Made by a program: the position numbers and the translations under genes
The notes under the pieces: model-generated
Told to the model about the DNA's origin: nothing
The model's database searches: none
Seen by the model: only the letters and a program-made list of their open reading frames with translations
Shown: piece after piece, positions 18,250-27,381 of the stretch
Layout: each line of letters begins with the position of its first letter
Numbering within the stretch: the first letter of the stretch is position 1
Assembly (NCBI GenBank): GCA_047616505.1
Contig: JBLHGI010000003.1
Location: 1 to 54,511 of the forward strand
Source of the DNA: Planctomycetota bacterium
GTDB lineage: Bacteria; Latescibacterota; UBA2968; UBA8231
Reading direction: 5' to 3'
Length of the DNA: 54,511 bases

Positions 18250-19161
18250 ATGGCAGAATCTCCTGACAACGCTGATTCTACGCCTGGGCAAGACCCAGTT
18301 CGTTCTATCTTTGTGCTCGCCGTCGATGACGACGAGCTTTATCTCCAATACTGCCAACGCACCCTCGCACGCTCCCACTTACACATGGATACCGCCCTAG
18401 GGGGACTGGCAGCGATAGAGAAAGTTGGCGCGCAGAGCTACGATATCATCTTGATGGATATCACAATGCCCGAGATGAATGGGCTCGAATGCCTGCGTAA
18501 ACTGCACGAAAACGGCTGCAAATCCGAAGTCATTATCGTTACGGGCAAAAGCGATTTACAAACTGCTGTAGAAGCGATGAAACTCGGGGCTGCCGACTTT
18601 GTAACTAAGCCCTTTGACGCCGAGGCGCTAGTCAGCAAAATAGAAGAACTGGCTATCCGCTCGAGTAGACCCCTTACAGCAGAGGAAGAGTTGGAGCGCC
18701 GGCGCCGCGAAGATCGCCGCCGCGAAAACGACCGCAGACTAGACGATCGCCGTGCTGATCCAACTGGAGACCGACGCCGAGGGAGCCGGAGAAATGACGA
18801 TCGCCGAGAATCCGGAGATCGCCGACTGCGTCACGGCGACCCTGTCATCGCTTATATCCGACAAAACGCGACTGAGATCAACGGGCGACAGGATGTAGCC
18901 ACTGCTATGAGTCTGAATGTCGACCAAGTATCGGCGCGCGTACAGGCAGCTACAGGCCAGTCTTTCCGCCATTGGCTCAACCACTGTCGCCTACAGACAG
19001 CCACTCGACTGTTAGAAGACACCGATATTGAAATCGCCCGCGTCGCTGAGAAGACGGGCTTTGCTACCGTACAGCACTTTAGTCGCGTCTTTAGCAACCT
19101 CAATGGGCTCTCGCCGCGCAAATACCGCCAACAAAGCCGTCAAGTCAGCGTAGATGCATAA
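18250..19161 (+). CDS. Response regulator, REC + Arg-rich linker + AraC-type HTH
   Basis: VDDD, ILMDITMP (phospho-Asp), IVTG, TKPF; C-terminal IARVAEKTGFATVQHFSRVF...G.SPRKYR; start ATG 18250 or GTG 18220. Confidence 0.9.
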   Translation: MAESPDNADSTPGQDPVRSIFVLAVDDDELYLQYCQRTLARSHLHMDTALGGLAAIEKVGAQSYDIILMDITMPEMNGLECLRKLHENGCKSEVIIVTGKSDLQTAVEAMKLGAADFVTKPFDAEALVSKIEELAIRSSRPLTAEEELERRRREDRRRENDRRLDDRRADPTGDRRRGSRRNDDRRESGDRRLRHGDPVIAYIRQNATEINGRQDVATAMSLNVDQVSARVQAATGQSFRHWLNHCRLQTATRLLEDTDIEIARVAEKTGFATVQHFSRVFSNLNGLSPRKYRQQSRQVSVDA

Positions 19162-19242
19162 TTCCGCCGCTTTTTTGCCTATTTTGGCAGAGAGCCGTTA
19201 TTTTACTAGATCACATTGACACTTGAGATGTAGGCGATTGAT

Positions 19243-19998
19243 ATGTCCATAGAATACACAAATACCCCATCTGATAGCTGTTCTATATTGGTGATAGACG
19301 ATGATGACCTCTTCCTGCAGTACTGTCAGCGCGTGCTCAATGATTCCGCAGCACAAGTAGACATAGCGGTCAACGGACTCGAAGGTCTAGAGAAATCGCA
19401 GGCCAATAACTACGATGTCATTCTACTCGACATAGCTATGCCCCACATGGACGGCCTCGAATGTCTGGATAAATTGCAGAAAACCGGCTGTCGGGCCGTA
19501 GTAATTATGGTGACGGGCGGAGGCGATGTGGCTACAGCGGTAGAAGCAATGAAGCGCGGCGCGGCAGACTATATACAAAAACCCTTTGGCCCCGAGAATC
19601 TGCGCACGCGTATAAATGATGCGCTGAACAAAAAGGAACAACGACAGGAAGAATCCGAACAATTCTCGCGCGACCCCGTCGTCGCCTACATACAAAAGAA
19701 CGCCGCTCAGGTAAATGCACGGCAAGACGTAGCCACCGCCCTAGGCCTGAGCTTAGACCAAGTCTCGGCGCGCGTACAGGCAGCTACGGGCCAGTCCTTT
19801 CGCCAATTGTTGCACACCTGTCGACTGAAACGAGCCATGCGCTTGCTAGAAACGACCGAAATGGAAATCGCCCGGATTGCCGAAGAGACGGGCTTTGCCA
19901 CCGTACAGCACTTCAGTCGCGTCTTCAGTAACCTCAACGGACTCTCGCCACGCAAATATCGCCAGCAAAGCCGCCTCGATCCCGTTTCGCTGCACTGA
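19243..19998 (+). CDS. Response regulator, REC + AraC-type HTH (paralogue of upstream gene)
   Basis: IDDDD, LLDIAMP, MVTG, QKPF; AraC C-terminus nearly identical to the neighbour. Confidence 0.9.
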   Translation: MSIEYTNTPSDSCSILVIDDDDLFLQYCQRVLNDSAAQVDIAVNGLEGLEKSQANNYDVILLDIAMPHMDGLECLDKLQKTGCRAVVIMVTGGGDVATAVEAMKRGAADYIQKPFGPENLRTRINDALNKKEQRQEESEQFSRDPVVAYIQKNAAQVNARQDVATALGLSLDQVSARVQAATGQSFRQLLHTCRLKRAMRLLETTEMEIARIAEETGFATVQHFSRVFSNLNGLSPRKYRQQSRLDPVSLH

Positions 19999-20009
19999 GC
20001 CAAGTCTTT

Positions 20010-20675
20010 TTATTCGAACTGCTCCTTAAAGCGCGCGAAGGCCTCGCGTAATTCCACCAATTCGAGCGTTAGAAACTGCACCTGTTCTTCAAGCGTCGCA
20101 ATGCGTTCGTTTTCGGCGCGCACTTCCAGTGCCGCCGCATCCACTGGCCCTTCACTTTCTTCACCTCCCACTTCGGGCTCGCCCATCAAGAGATGGGCAT
20201 AACGCGATTCTTTGCGTCCTGGCTGGCGCGGCAATTGTACCACCAGCGCTCCCTCAGCGCGCTGAGCCAATTCATCCAATACGCGCTCCACTTCTTCCAG
20301 ATCAGAAAACTCGTGCAAGCGACCGCTGCGACCGCGAATTTCGCCCACGGTCTGCGGCCCTCTAAGCATCAGCACGCATAGTGCCGCAACTTGTGGCCGC
20401 TCTAGCGCTAGCTTCTCACCAAAGAGATGATAGTGTTTGGGCACGCGCATCTCGGCACCAGATAGCTGCCGTGCCAGTCCCTTGTCGCGTAGGCTCTCCA
20501 GCGCACGCACGGTCGTTTTTTCATCAAAAGCCACAACGGGGTGGCGATTGGACTTTTGGTTACAGGCCGTCGTCAATCCGTTGAGCGTCAACGGGTAGTG
20601 CTCGGGCGTCGTTATTTCCTTCTCGATTAGCGCCCCCAGCACCCGCACCTCAACAGCATCTAAAAGTGCTTCCAT
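20010..20675 (-). CDS. yceH: YceH / DUF480 family protein
   Basis: EVRVLGALIEKEITTPEHYPLTLNGL..ACNQKSNR.PV, LMLRGPQTVGE, RYAHL; GGAGG before ATG 20675. Confidence 0.92.
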   Translation of the reverse strand: MEALLDAVEVRVLGALIEKEITTPEHYPLTLNGLTTACNQKSNRHPVVAFDEKTTVRALESLRDKGLARQLSGAEMRVPKHYHLFGEKLALERPQVAALCVLMLRGPQTVGEIRGRSGRLHEFSDLEEVERVLDELAQRAEGALVVQLPRQPGRKESRYAHLLMGEPEVGGEESEGPVDAAALEVRAENERIATLEEQVQFLTLELVELREAFARFKEQFE

Positions 20676-20676
20676 A

Positions 20677-21288
20677 TCAATCCTCCCTGGCAAACAGAAC
20701 AAATTCGTAAAAACGATTATTCCCCTCGCAACCGGTAATGCCTGTATATAATTGCTCTGGCAGTGCTATCTCCACACCAAAGACGCATTCGCCACAGCGC
20801 ACGGTCAACGCCATCTCAACCCGTTCTACCTCTAGCGCATAGCGCCGTCCCGCATCAACGGCAAAAGATGCCCAGGCAGCCCGACGCCAGTGCGGTCCCC
20901 GCTCGACACTCCACTTGTGGTGCCAAATATTAATGCCTTCGTCAAAGAGTACGATCTCGATGTGTTCGCGATACTCGCGCCGACCGTCGGCACCTAATTC
21001 CGGCTCGGCTGCCAATACAATCAGCGGGGCCATGCGCTCGTCAAAGCTCATTTCGGCGCATACGCGCAGCGAGGTCTGAGGCTCCTTATAGAGCATACTG
21101 GTATAGGTCTCACCAGCGCGCTCACCCAACATCTGCTCGGGTGTGACATCGGCGGGGACGCGATTGCGAATATGATCGGCCTCTTGTACCCATTCGCCCA
21201 CAGAGTCCCAGCGCGGACTCTTGACCAATAACCAATCTTCCGCGTGCCAACCAGCGGCCGCAAAAGCACCGCTATATAATGCCTCCAT
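20677..21288 (-). CDS. Hypothetical protein, probably concanavalin-like beta-sandwich
   Basis: Operonic with neighbours, GGAGG RBS, beta-rich pattern ending GITGCEGNNRFYEF. Confidence 0.6.
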   Translation of the reverse strand: MEALYSGAFAAAGWHAEDWLLVKSPRWDSVGEWVQEADHIRNRVPADVTPEQMLGERAGETYTSMLYKEPQTSLRVCAEMSFDERMAPLIVLAAEPELGADGRREYREHIEIVLFDEGINIWHHKWSVERGPHWRRAAWASFAVDAGRRYALEVERVEMALTVRCGECVFGVEIALPEQLYTGITGCEGNNRFYEFVLFARED

Positions 21289-21302
21289 AGTTTTCTACAA
21301 TC

Positions 21303-21902
21303 CTATTCTTTGTCAACGCGACCCAAGGCCGGCAAAGCTTCAAAGAGTTGTGCTAAGACCTCTTGTGCTAGTCTATTCTCCACGGCACAAACCCAATCAG
21401 CCCCTCTCTCAGCTTCTCCTAAAGCATCCAACAAAGGTCGCAACTGCTCAAACTCCATCAGCGGATACGGCACATGAGGGTGGAGCCGTGGACCGTGTTT
21501 GCCAATTTGGCGCCGCAATTCCCAGTAGGCTGCTGTAGACGGCAAGGAGAGATAGGCAAAAGCTGCACTCTCTTTTATAAGGTGCCGATTCGACGCCTGT
21601 GCTAACAACCCCTCACCTGCTATAATCAAACCACAAGGGCTCGTAGATAATGCTTTAACCAACAGCTCGGATTCCATACGGCGCAGCTTTTCTACGCCCT
21701 CTTGCTGCAAAAAATCCCACAGCGATTGGCCCACTTGATGTTCCAACCAGCGATCCAAGTCGATCAAAGGCAATCCGGCAAGCGCCGCTACGTCGTGACC
21801 AACCTCTCGATAGACCGCACTCGGCGTGCCACCCAACACAATAGAGCGCGATAACGCAACCGTCGGGTGATAATCGTAATAGCCTCTATCGGGAATCTGC
21901 AT
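21303..21902 (-). CDS. Shikimate-kinase-like protein with degenerate P-loop
   Basis: IDLDRWLEHQVGQSLWDFLQQEG.EKLRRMESELL matches the AroK substrate-binding segment, but Walker A reads LGGTPSAVYREVG. Confidence 0.7.
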   Translation of the reverse strand: MQIPDRGYYDYHPTVALSRSIVLGGTPSAVYREVGHDVAALAGLPLIDLDRWLEHQVGQSLWDFLQQEGVEKLRRMESELLVKALSTSPCGLIIAGEGLLAQASNRHLIKESAAFAYLSLPSTAAYWELRRQIGKHGPRLHPHVPYPLMEFEQLRPLLDALGEAERGADWVCAVENRLAQEVLAQLFEALPALGRVDKE

Positions 21903-21968
21903 AAGCCAAAAAATAACATAGTGGCCAGTTTTATAACAATTGCTAATTTCTTAAGCGACGCATGGAGG

Positions 21969-23087
21969 ATGCCATTGGACAAAATTACAGAAGAAGTACC
22001 GTCGCTACAGTGGTTGCGCGGCGATTTACACAGCCACTGTGAAGATCACAGTCTAATAGAAGCGCATATAGAAGGCGCGGCGGATCGCCTCGACTTTATC
22101 GCCCTGAGCAACCACGCACAGAAACCAATCTTTTTTGAACAACACCGCATGATCGACACCGCGCGGCGTCTAGCGCCCGAACTAACTATCTTCTTTGGGC
22201 TAGAGTGGAATGCCCCTTTGGGCGTCCACGCCAACTTGATTTTTCCACCTGGGCCCAACGAAGCAGAGAACGCCTACGCGTTTGCCCGCGCTCACGACCG
22301 CCTCGGCTCCCAGCGCGAACCCACGCCCGAAGAAGCACTGGCCTCCTTAGCCGAATTACCGGCAGCCGAACGCCCCGTGCTCTTTTTTAACCATCCGGCA
22401 ACGGGCCAGTGGAGCAGCGCAACCATTGCGCGCTATCTGCACGCCGACAGCGCTGGCCTCATCGTTGGTATCGAGGCCCTACACGGGCATCAGTTGCACG
22501 CCAAAATCGCCGCGCTCGATCCCTATGCCTATCCAGGCAGCGCCGTCGGTGGTCTCAGCGACCAGATCTATGCCCGGCATCGCCCCTTTGCCCTACTAAC
22601 TAATTCCGACTTTCACGTGCACAAAATGAGCTATCAGCCCGATTATCCCTTGGGGGTCTTTAACCATGTGCGCATCGGCGTTGAGCCTGGTGCATGGAGT
22701 GCACCCGATCTATTCGCCGCCTTGCGCACAGGGCGCACCTGCTCAGCGCAGGGCCACTGGCTGGACCTGGTCAATTTTCGCGTAGATAACGCGCCGATCG
22801 GCACTGCGTGGCAAGGAGGCCCCGGCCAACTATATATCGCGCTCGACGCGCATGAGGACTTGGGGCAAATAGAGCTGATTGGCTGTCTGCGCGCAGACGA
22901 CGAGACAGCCATCTTGCATTCTTTCGGACCCCAACCAACCCGTCGCATTGAGCTATCCCATGCCATACCAGCCCATGCGCGCGGTTTTGTGCGTCTGCGC
23001 ATTAGCGCTGCCAGCCGCCAACGCCCGGCACCTGGCCCCGATGGACCCAAGCTCTTTCAAACTTCGGCCATTCTATTAGACGCCTGA
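21969..23087 (+). CDS. PHP-domain metallohydrolase (CehA/McbA-like)
   Basis: WLRGDLHSH, DFIALSNH, GLEWN, FFNHP, NSDFH; start ATG 21969 or TTG 21975 after GGAGG. Confidence 0.8.
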   Translation: MPLDKITEEVPSLQWLRGDLHSHCEDHSLIEAHIEGAADRLDFIALSNHAQKPIFFEQHRMIDTARRLAPELTIFFGLEWNAPLGVHANLIFPPGPNEAENAYAFARAHDRLGSQREPTPEEALASLAELPAAERPVLFFNHPATGQWSSATIARYLHADSAGLIVGIEALHGHQLHAKIAALDPYAYPGSAVGGLSDQIYARHRPFALLTNSDFHVHKMSYQPDYPLGVFNHVRIGVEPGAWSAPDLFAALRTGRTCSAQGHWLDLVNFRVDNAPIGTAWQGGPGQLYIALDAHEDLGQIELIGCLRADDETAILHSFGPQPTRRIELSHAIPAHARGFVRLRISAASRQRPAPGPDGPKLFQTSAILLDA

Positions 23088-23089
23088 TC

Positions 23090-23392
23090 TTATTCGATAT
23101 CGCGTTTTAAAACGACTAGCGTCGCCCCCCAACTACCCTCGCCCATTCCCCCCAGACGATACGACTCCACTCCGTCCAAGCGATCCAAGAGCGAGTGCAC
23201 CGTGCGCCGCAAAGCCCCCGTACCTTTGCCGTGCACGACGCGCACCTGATACAGCCCCTTTTCCCGGCAAGCTTGGAAATAATCAGGCAAAAGCGTCTTT
23301 ACGTCACGCGGGTGGAAGGTGTGCAAGTCGAGCGTGCCATCGATCGGCATTTCGACGGGATCATCTTCGCAAAACTCTTCTTCAAAAGCCAT
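23090..23392 (-). CDS. Stand-alone Smr domain protein
   Basis: LDLHTF, VRVVHGKGTGALR, GSWGATLV. Confidence 0.9.
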   Translation of the reverse strand: MAFEEEFCEDDPVEMPIDGTLDLHTFHPRDVKTLLPDYFQACREKGLYQVRVVHGKGTGALRRTVHSLLDRLDGVESYRLGGMGEGSWGATLVVLKRDIE

Positions 23393-23569
23393 ATGCCAAT
23401 TCTACTTCTCCTCTGAGAAAACTTGCGACCTGCTTCTCCGCACGCAGGACCCATGTCGTATTGCGCCGACAGATCTTCCCGGTCCCATATAATAAACAGG
23501 TACCGCAATATTTTCGCGTACCGATAAAACATACAGACCGCGATAACGACTTCTCTTAGCGATGATTGC

Positions 23570-23610
23570 AAAAAGAAGCGGCCCGCTCCCATTGGGAATG
23601 AGTCGCTTCT
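23570..23610 (-). terminator. Rho-independent terminator after the DUF362 gene
   Basis: Minus strand agaagcgactcattccc-aat-gggagcgggccgcttct followed by a T run. Confidence 0.6.
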
Positions 23611-23629
23611 CTACATCTGTTTGTCACAC

Positions 23630-25669
23630 TTATTTCAACAGCGCCATCTTCGCCGTCTGCACCTTGCCCTCGGCCACCAACCGATAAACATACAGGCCGC
23701 TGCCCACGCTCCGCCCCGCTTCGTCGCGTCCATCCCAATGCGTCAAGTGCGGGCCCCCCGGCAAGCTGCGGCTGACCAACTGGCGCACCAGCGCACCGCG
23801 CACGTCGTAGATATTCAGCTCTACCGATCCCGGTGCCGACGTCACATAGGGGATCGCCGTACCCGCATTAAACGGGTTCGGGTAGTTGGCCCCCAGTGCA
23901 AAGGCGTTGGGCGTAGCCTGATTCTCCTCCACCGCCGTCGGCTCCGCCGGACGCGCCAAATGATAGCTGATACCCGGCAGCGTGTCGCCATCTTCGTCGC
24001 CGGCGACCAAACTCAAACCCGCCGCACCAAAGATATTGTAGACCTTGACCAGTACGGGATTATAGCCCGCGCGCAGCGCTACCGGTGCCGCAACGGCATC
24101 CGGCGTTTTGGCCGTGCGATTCCAGGAACCCACTTCCTCGCCGTTGAGCCAGACCTTGGCGCCATCGGACGCACCTAGATACAACGTGCCTTCCTGGTCT
24201 CGTTCCGACTTGATATAGGCAAATGCATAGGTCGCCGAACTCGACGCCACATAGTCGTCGGGCAGCGTCACAAAACGCTCCGTGCTGATGGCCTCTCTCC
24301 AGATTATCGCATCTACCGCACTACCACCAACAGGGGCAATAGATACCCCCTCAACAGCCGTCGCTGCGTCTATGTCAGAAACGGCATAGGGACCATTGAC
24401 CAACCACCGGCGATTGCCCCAGCCCCAGAAATCGGGTTTTGGCGTCTTTTTGAAATTGCGCTGGATCTCGGCAATCGCATCACCCTTTATATCGATATGG
24501 TTCATATCAAAGGTGCCAAAGCCCTTGGCTGCCGACAGCCGCAGATACGCTAGGTCTTCTGGGTTATATCCCATCACCGTCGCACCGACCGCATCTACTG
24601 CTACTGGATCGCCACCGACTATAACGACATTGTGGTTGACATTCTCACCCCACTGCGGCCCGCGACCTTCCGTGCCCCAAAACCCTTCGAGGATGCCATA
24701 ATCCGTCGGCCGATAAGAGAATAGGTCGATAAAACCCCAAGGCACCATCTCATTACCACTGTGGCGATGCAAACCCATTTTCGAGTTATCGTTGGATCCA
24801 TAGGCGCGCTGCATATACGTGCCGACATACTGTTTGTGCAAGAGTGTCACGCCGGGAATATCGTGCGTTTTCATCGGCGCGATATTGACCAGCTTGTCCA
24901 CATCGAGCAGCGTCTTCGAGACAAAGTACCCCTCCGGGCGCTGATACCAACTGATGCCGCTGTGGTTGGGATCGGGTACCGGTAACGGATCGCCGGCGCG
25001 CACGCCTTCCGTGCCCACCCAATCGTCGTAATTGAGATCGACGATATCGACTTCAATGCCGTTGACGCCGTTAAACGTCTCGACTAGTTCTGCATACGAC
25101 AGATTGTCAAACTCTTCCCAATGCACCGTCCAACCGTCTTCCGTCTGGTTGGGGTCCGTGCCACTCTCGCCGACTTTGCTCCACTCGGCACCTCCTTCGA
25201 CGATGGTGATGCGCCGCGCCTGCCCCTCTTCGTTGACGAGATAATCGAGCACGCTCTTAACCACCCGCAGATCCGTCGCCTGGCCCCAATGCGCTTTTCC
25301 ACTATCCCAGAACGCCGTGCGCTTGCGCCCGTTTATGACCAACGGCGCCGTGACGATATTGACTTTGATCGCCACCCAATCGCCCGGCTCGACTACGGCC
25401 GCCAGGTTGCGCGCCGAATCGTCGAGGCGAATGGCACGCTTGACGATAGCATCGACTTGCTCGTAGGAAATAACCTCGTCGCGCGCTGCCGCCGCTTCGA
25501 TACAGTGCGAACAAGCGATCGCCACCTGCGCCTCGCCCAACATCTCCTTATCGACCGTGGGCAACACCTGCGCGCGCTTGCTATCAACCTCTGCGACCGT
25601 GCTCAAATCGATCGCCACCAACGCTAGTATCAGCACGGGTAGCCAAGTTTTTTTCATAGTCCAGTACAT
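23630..25669 (-). CDS. Secreted DUF362-domain protein with jelly-roll domain and FlgD-Ig/T9SS-like CTD
   Basis: VEPGDWVAIKVNIV, TDLRVVKSV, NIAPMKTH..GVTL..K, GTEGRGP, DPVAVDAVG...MGYNP; PTAVEE linker; NYPNPFN...KMALLK. Confidence 0.85.
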   Translation of the reverse strand: MYWTMKKTWLPVLILALVAIDLSTVAEVDSKRAQVLPTVDKEMLGEAQVAIACSHCIEAAAARDEVISYEQVDAIVKRAIRLDDSARNLAAVVEPGDWVAIKVNIVTAPLVINGRKRTAFWDSGKAHWGQATDLRVVKSVLDYLVNEEGQARRITIVEGGAEWSKVGESGTDPNQTEDGWTVHWEEFDNLSYAELVETFNGVNGIEVDIVDLNYDDWVGTEGVRAGDPLPVPDPNHSGISWYQRPEGYFVSKTLLDVDKLVNIAPMKTHDIPGVTLLHKQYVGTYMQRAYGSNDNSKMGLHRHSGNEMVPWGFIDLFSYRPTDYGILEGFWGTEGRGPQWGENVNHNVVIVGGDPVAVDAVGATVMGYNPEDLAYLRLSAAKGFGTFDMNHIDIKGDAIAEIQRNFKKTPKPDFWGWGNRRWLVNGPYAVSDIDAATAVEGVSIAPVGGSAVDAIIWREAISTERFVTLPDDYVASSSATYAFAYIKSERDQEGTLYLGASDGAKVWLNGEEVGSWNRTAKTPDAVAAPVALRAGYNPVLVKVYNIFGAAGLSLVAGDEDGDTLPGISYHLARPAEPTAVEENQATPNAFALGANYPNPFNAGTAIPYVTSAPGSVELNIYDVRGALVRQLVSRSLPGGPHLTHWDGRDEAGRSVGSGLYVYRLVAEGKVQTAKMALLK

Positions 25670-25673
25670 CGCC

Positions 25674-26240
25674 CTATCTCCTCTCGGCGGATAGCCCGGT
25701 GTGCGTCTTTATATCGGCCCAACTCATCTGCTGCACCGCCGTCTGCTCGGCTCCGAGTATCTCCACCTCAAAAAACTCGGCACCCTGCGAGGTGCTCAGC
25801 TCGATATAATCCGTCTCGATGGCCCGCTCAAAGAGCAGGTCTACCCAGGTATTTTCCGCAAATTTATTGTTTACGGCATCGGCCAATACTTCCATATTGG
25901 CGCCCGCCGTCTGCCCATCCTCCCCATACTCGGCATTCCGATAGGCCCACACTTGGTATAGGCCGGCATCCGCCCCCACGCGCAGACGCAAACCCAACAC
26001 GGTATAGGGCACCTCAAACTGGAATACCAGATTGCCCTTATTGGGCCAGATAAACGCGCTAGCTTCGGTGCTGTTATCCGGATAGACACCATCACTGAGC
26101 CAGCCCAACTCGCCCTCGTACTGGTTATAGCCTTGAGTAGCTCTCGTCAGCGCGTCCGGCGCAATATTGCGCTCCGACGCCCAGGCGAAAGCCCCCAGCA
26201 CGACCAGCAGCAGCACGGCCCAACTCATTCGCTTCCACAT
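25674..26240 (-). CDS. Secreted discoidin/galactose-binding-like protein with C-terminal TAVxxxSWxxIK motif
   Basis: GGAGG before ATG 26240 (MWKRMSW signal peptide); NIA...WLSDG...FFEVEILG pattern; ends QTAVQQMSWADIKT. Confidence 0.65.
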   Translation of the reverse strand: MWKRMSWAVLLLVVLGAFAWASERNIAPDALTRATQGYNQYEGELGWLSDGVYPDNSTEASAFIWPNKGNLVFQFEVPYTVLGLRLRVGADAGLYQVWAYRNAEYGEDGQTAGANMEVLADAVNNKFAENTWVDLLFERAIETDYIELSTSQGAEFFEVEILGAEQTAVQQMSWADIKTHTGLSAERR

Positions 26241-26274
26241 GCTACACCTCCATCCCGGTCCGAAGAAACCCCCC

Positions 26275-27381
26275 TCAAAAATCACCGCGCAGCGACCACT
26301 GCAAACGCAAGTCCGATGGATCAGAGACGTCGCCAGGTCCCGCATTCAGGTAACGAGTCGTCCAGCGCGAGACTTCAAAACCCGCCCACAATCCAGAAAT
26401 GACCTGATACTGGCCGTTGGCAAAGAGCACGGCGTTGCGGCTACGCGAGAGAGCCGTCGTACCCAGGTCTTCTTTGCGCACCTGATCCAGACCACCCCCT
26501 GCAGAAAACTGCCACAATTCCACCGGGCGATAGAGCACGTTGGCCCAGCCGCCGCTGCTGCGCAGACCGTCTACCAAACCCGCATTGTAGATCGCGCCGC
26601 CATACTGGTTCATATTGACGCCCGTATACGCTTCTGCCAATAGCGACCACTCTTTGTTGATAACCATTTTCATATCGCCGTTGAGCGACCAGTTATCGTA
26701 TTGTTTATCCTCGTCCGGGCAGTCGCAGCGGCCGTAGTGCACTGAAGTGCCGACGCTCAGGTCGACCCCTATATCCAGATTGCACGCCACCCGCGCCTGC
26801 ACCGCCGGCAGGCCCGAGGCCTCGCCGTCGTCGAGTCCGTCGCCATCGAGATCCCCGCTCAGGTTGCGCGACAGCGCGACGGCCCAATAATAGGCGCCCA
26901 TATTTTGATAAATTTTAACCTGCGGGCGCCGATAGCCGACGTTGCCCACACCCCACATCGCGCTGTAATTGATCGTCGAGGGCACCAGCGGCGATATGAG
27001 ATCCGTCGTCTGCCCCGCCTCCAAAGAGAACGGTCCCAACGGTGCCGTCACATAGGCCTTGCGCAACATCAGGGCATTTTTGTTTTCCGGACTGCTGCCG
27101 TAAAAATCAAACTCTAGCACGCCGCGCATCGGACCGCGATGTATCTTGGCGCCAAAGCGCGACTGGCGCGCCGTCAAATTGAGTGTCGACACCGCGTCGC
27201 CCTTACCGTGCGGTGCTACGTAGAGGATATAGTTGCCATTGCTCGACACGGCGCTGTCGTGCGCCATATCGAGTTTGAAATAACCATACCATTCCACCGT
27301 TGTATCTTCTTTTTCAGCCTGCACCGACCCAGCCAGTGCACCGCTTAAAATTGCAGCGATCAGTATTGCTAAGTATTTCAT
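26275..27381 (-). CDS. Outer-membrane porin, DcaP-like
   Basis: Signal peptide, YGYFKLDM..D, TARQSRFG, LEFDFYG, LRKAYV, AGQT; C-terminal Phe. Confidence 0.75.
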   Translation of the reverse strand: MKYLAILIAAILSGALAGSVQAEKEDTTVEWYGYFKLDMAHDSAVSSNGNYILYVAPHGKGDAVSTLNLTARQSRFGAKIHRGPMRGVLEFDFYGSSPENKNALMLRKAYVTAPLGPFSLEAGQTTDLISPLVPSTINYSAMWGVGNVGYRRPQVKIYQNMGAYYWAVALSRNLSGDLDGDGLDDGEASGLPAVQARVACNLDIGVDLSVGTSVHYGRCDCPDEDKQYDNWSLNGDMKMVINKEWSLLAEAYTGVNMNQYGGAIYNAGLVDGLRSSGGWANVLYRPVELWQFSAGGGLDQVRKEDLGTTALSRSRNAVLFANGQYQVISGLWAGFEVSRWTTRYLNAGPGDVSDPSDLRLQWSLRGDF

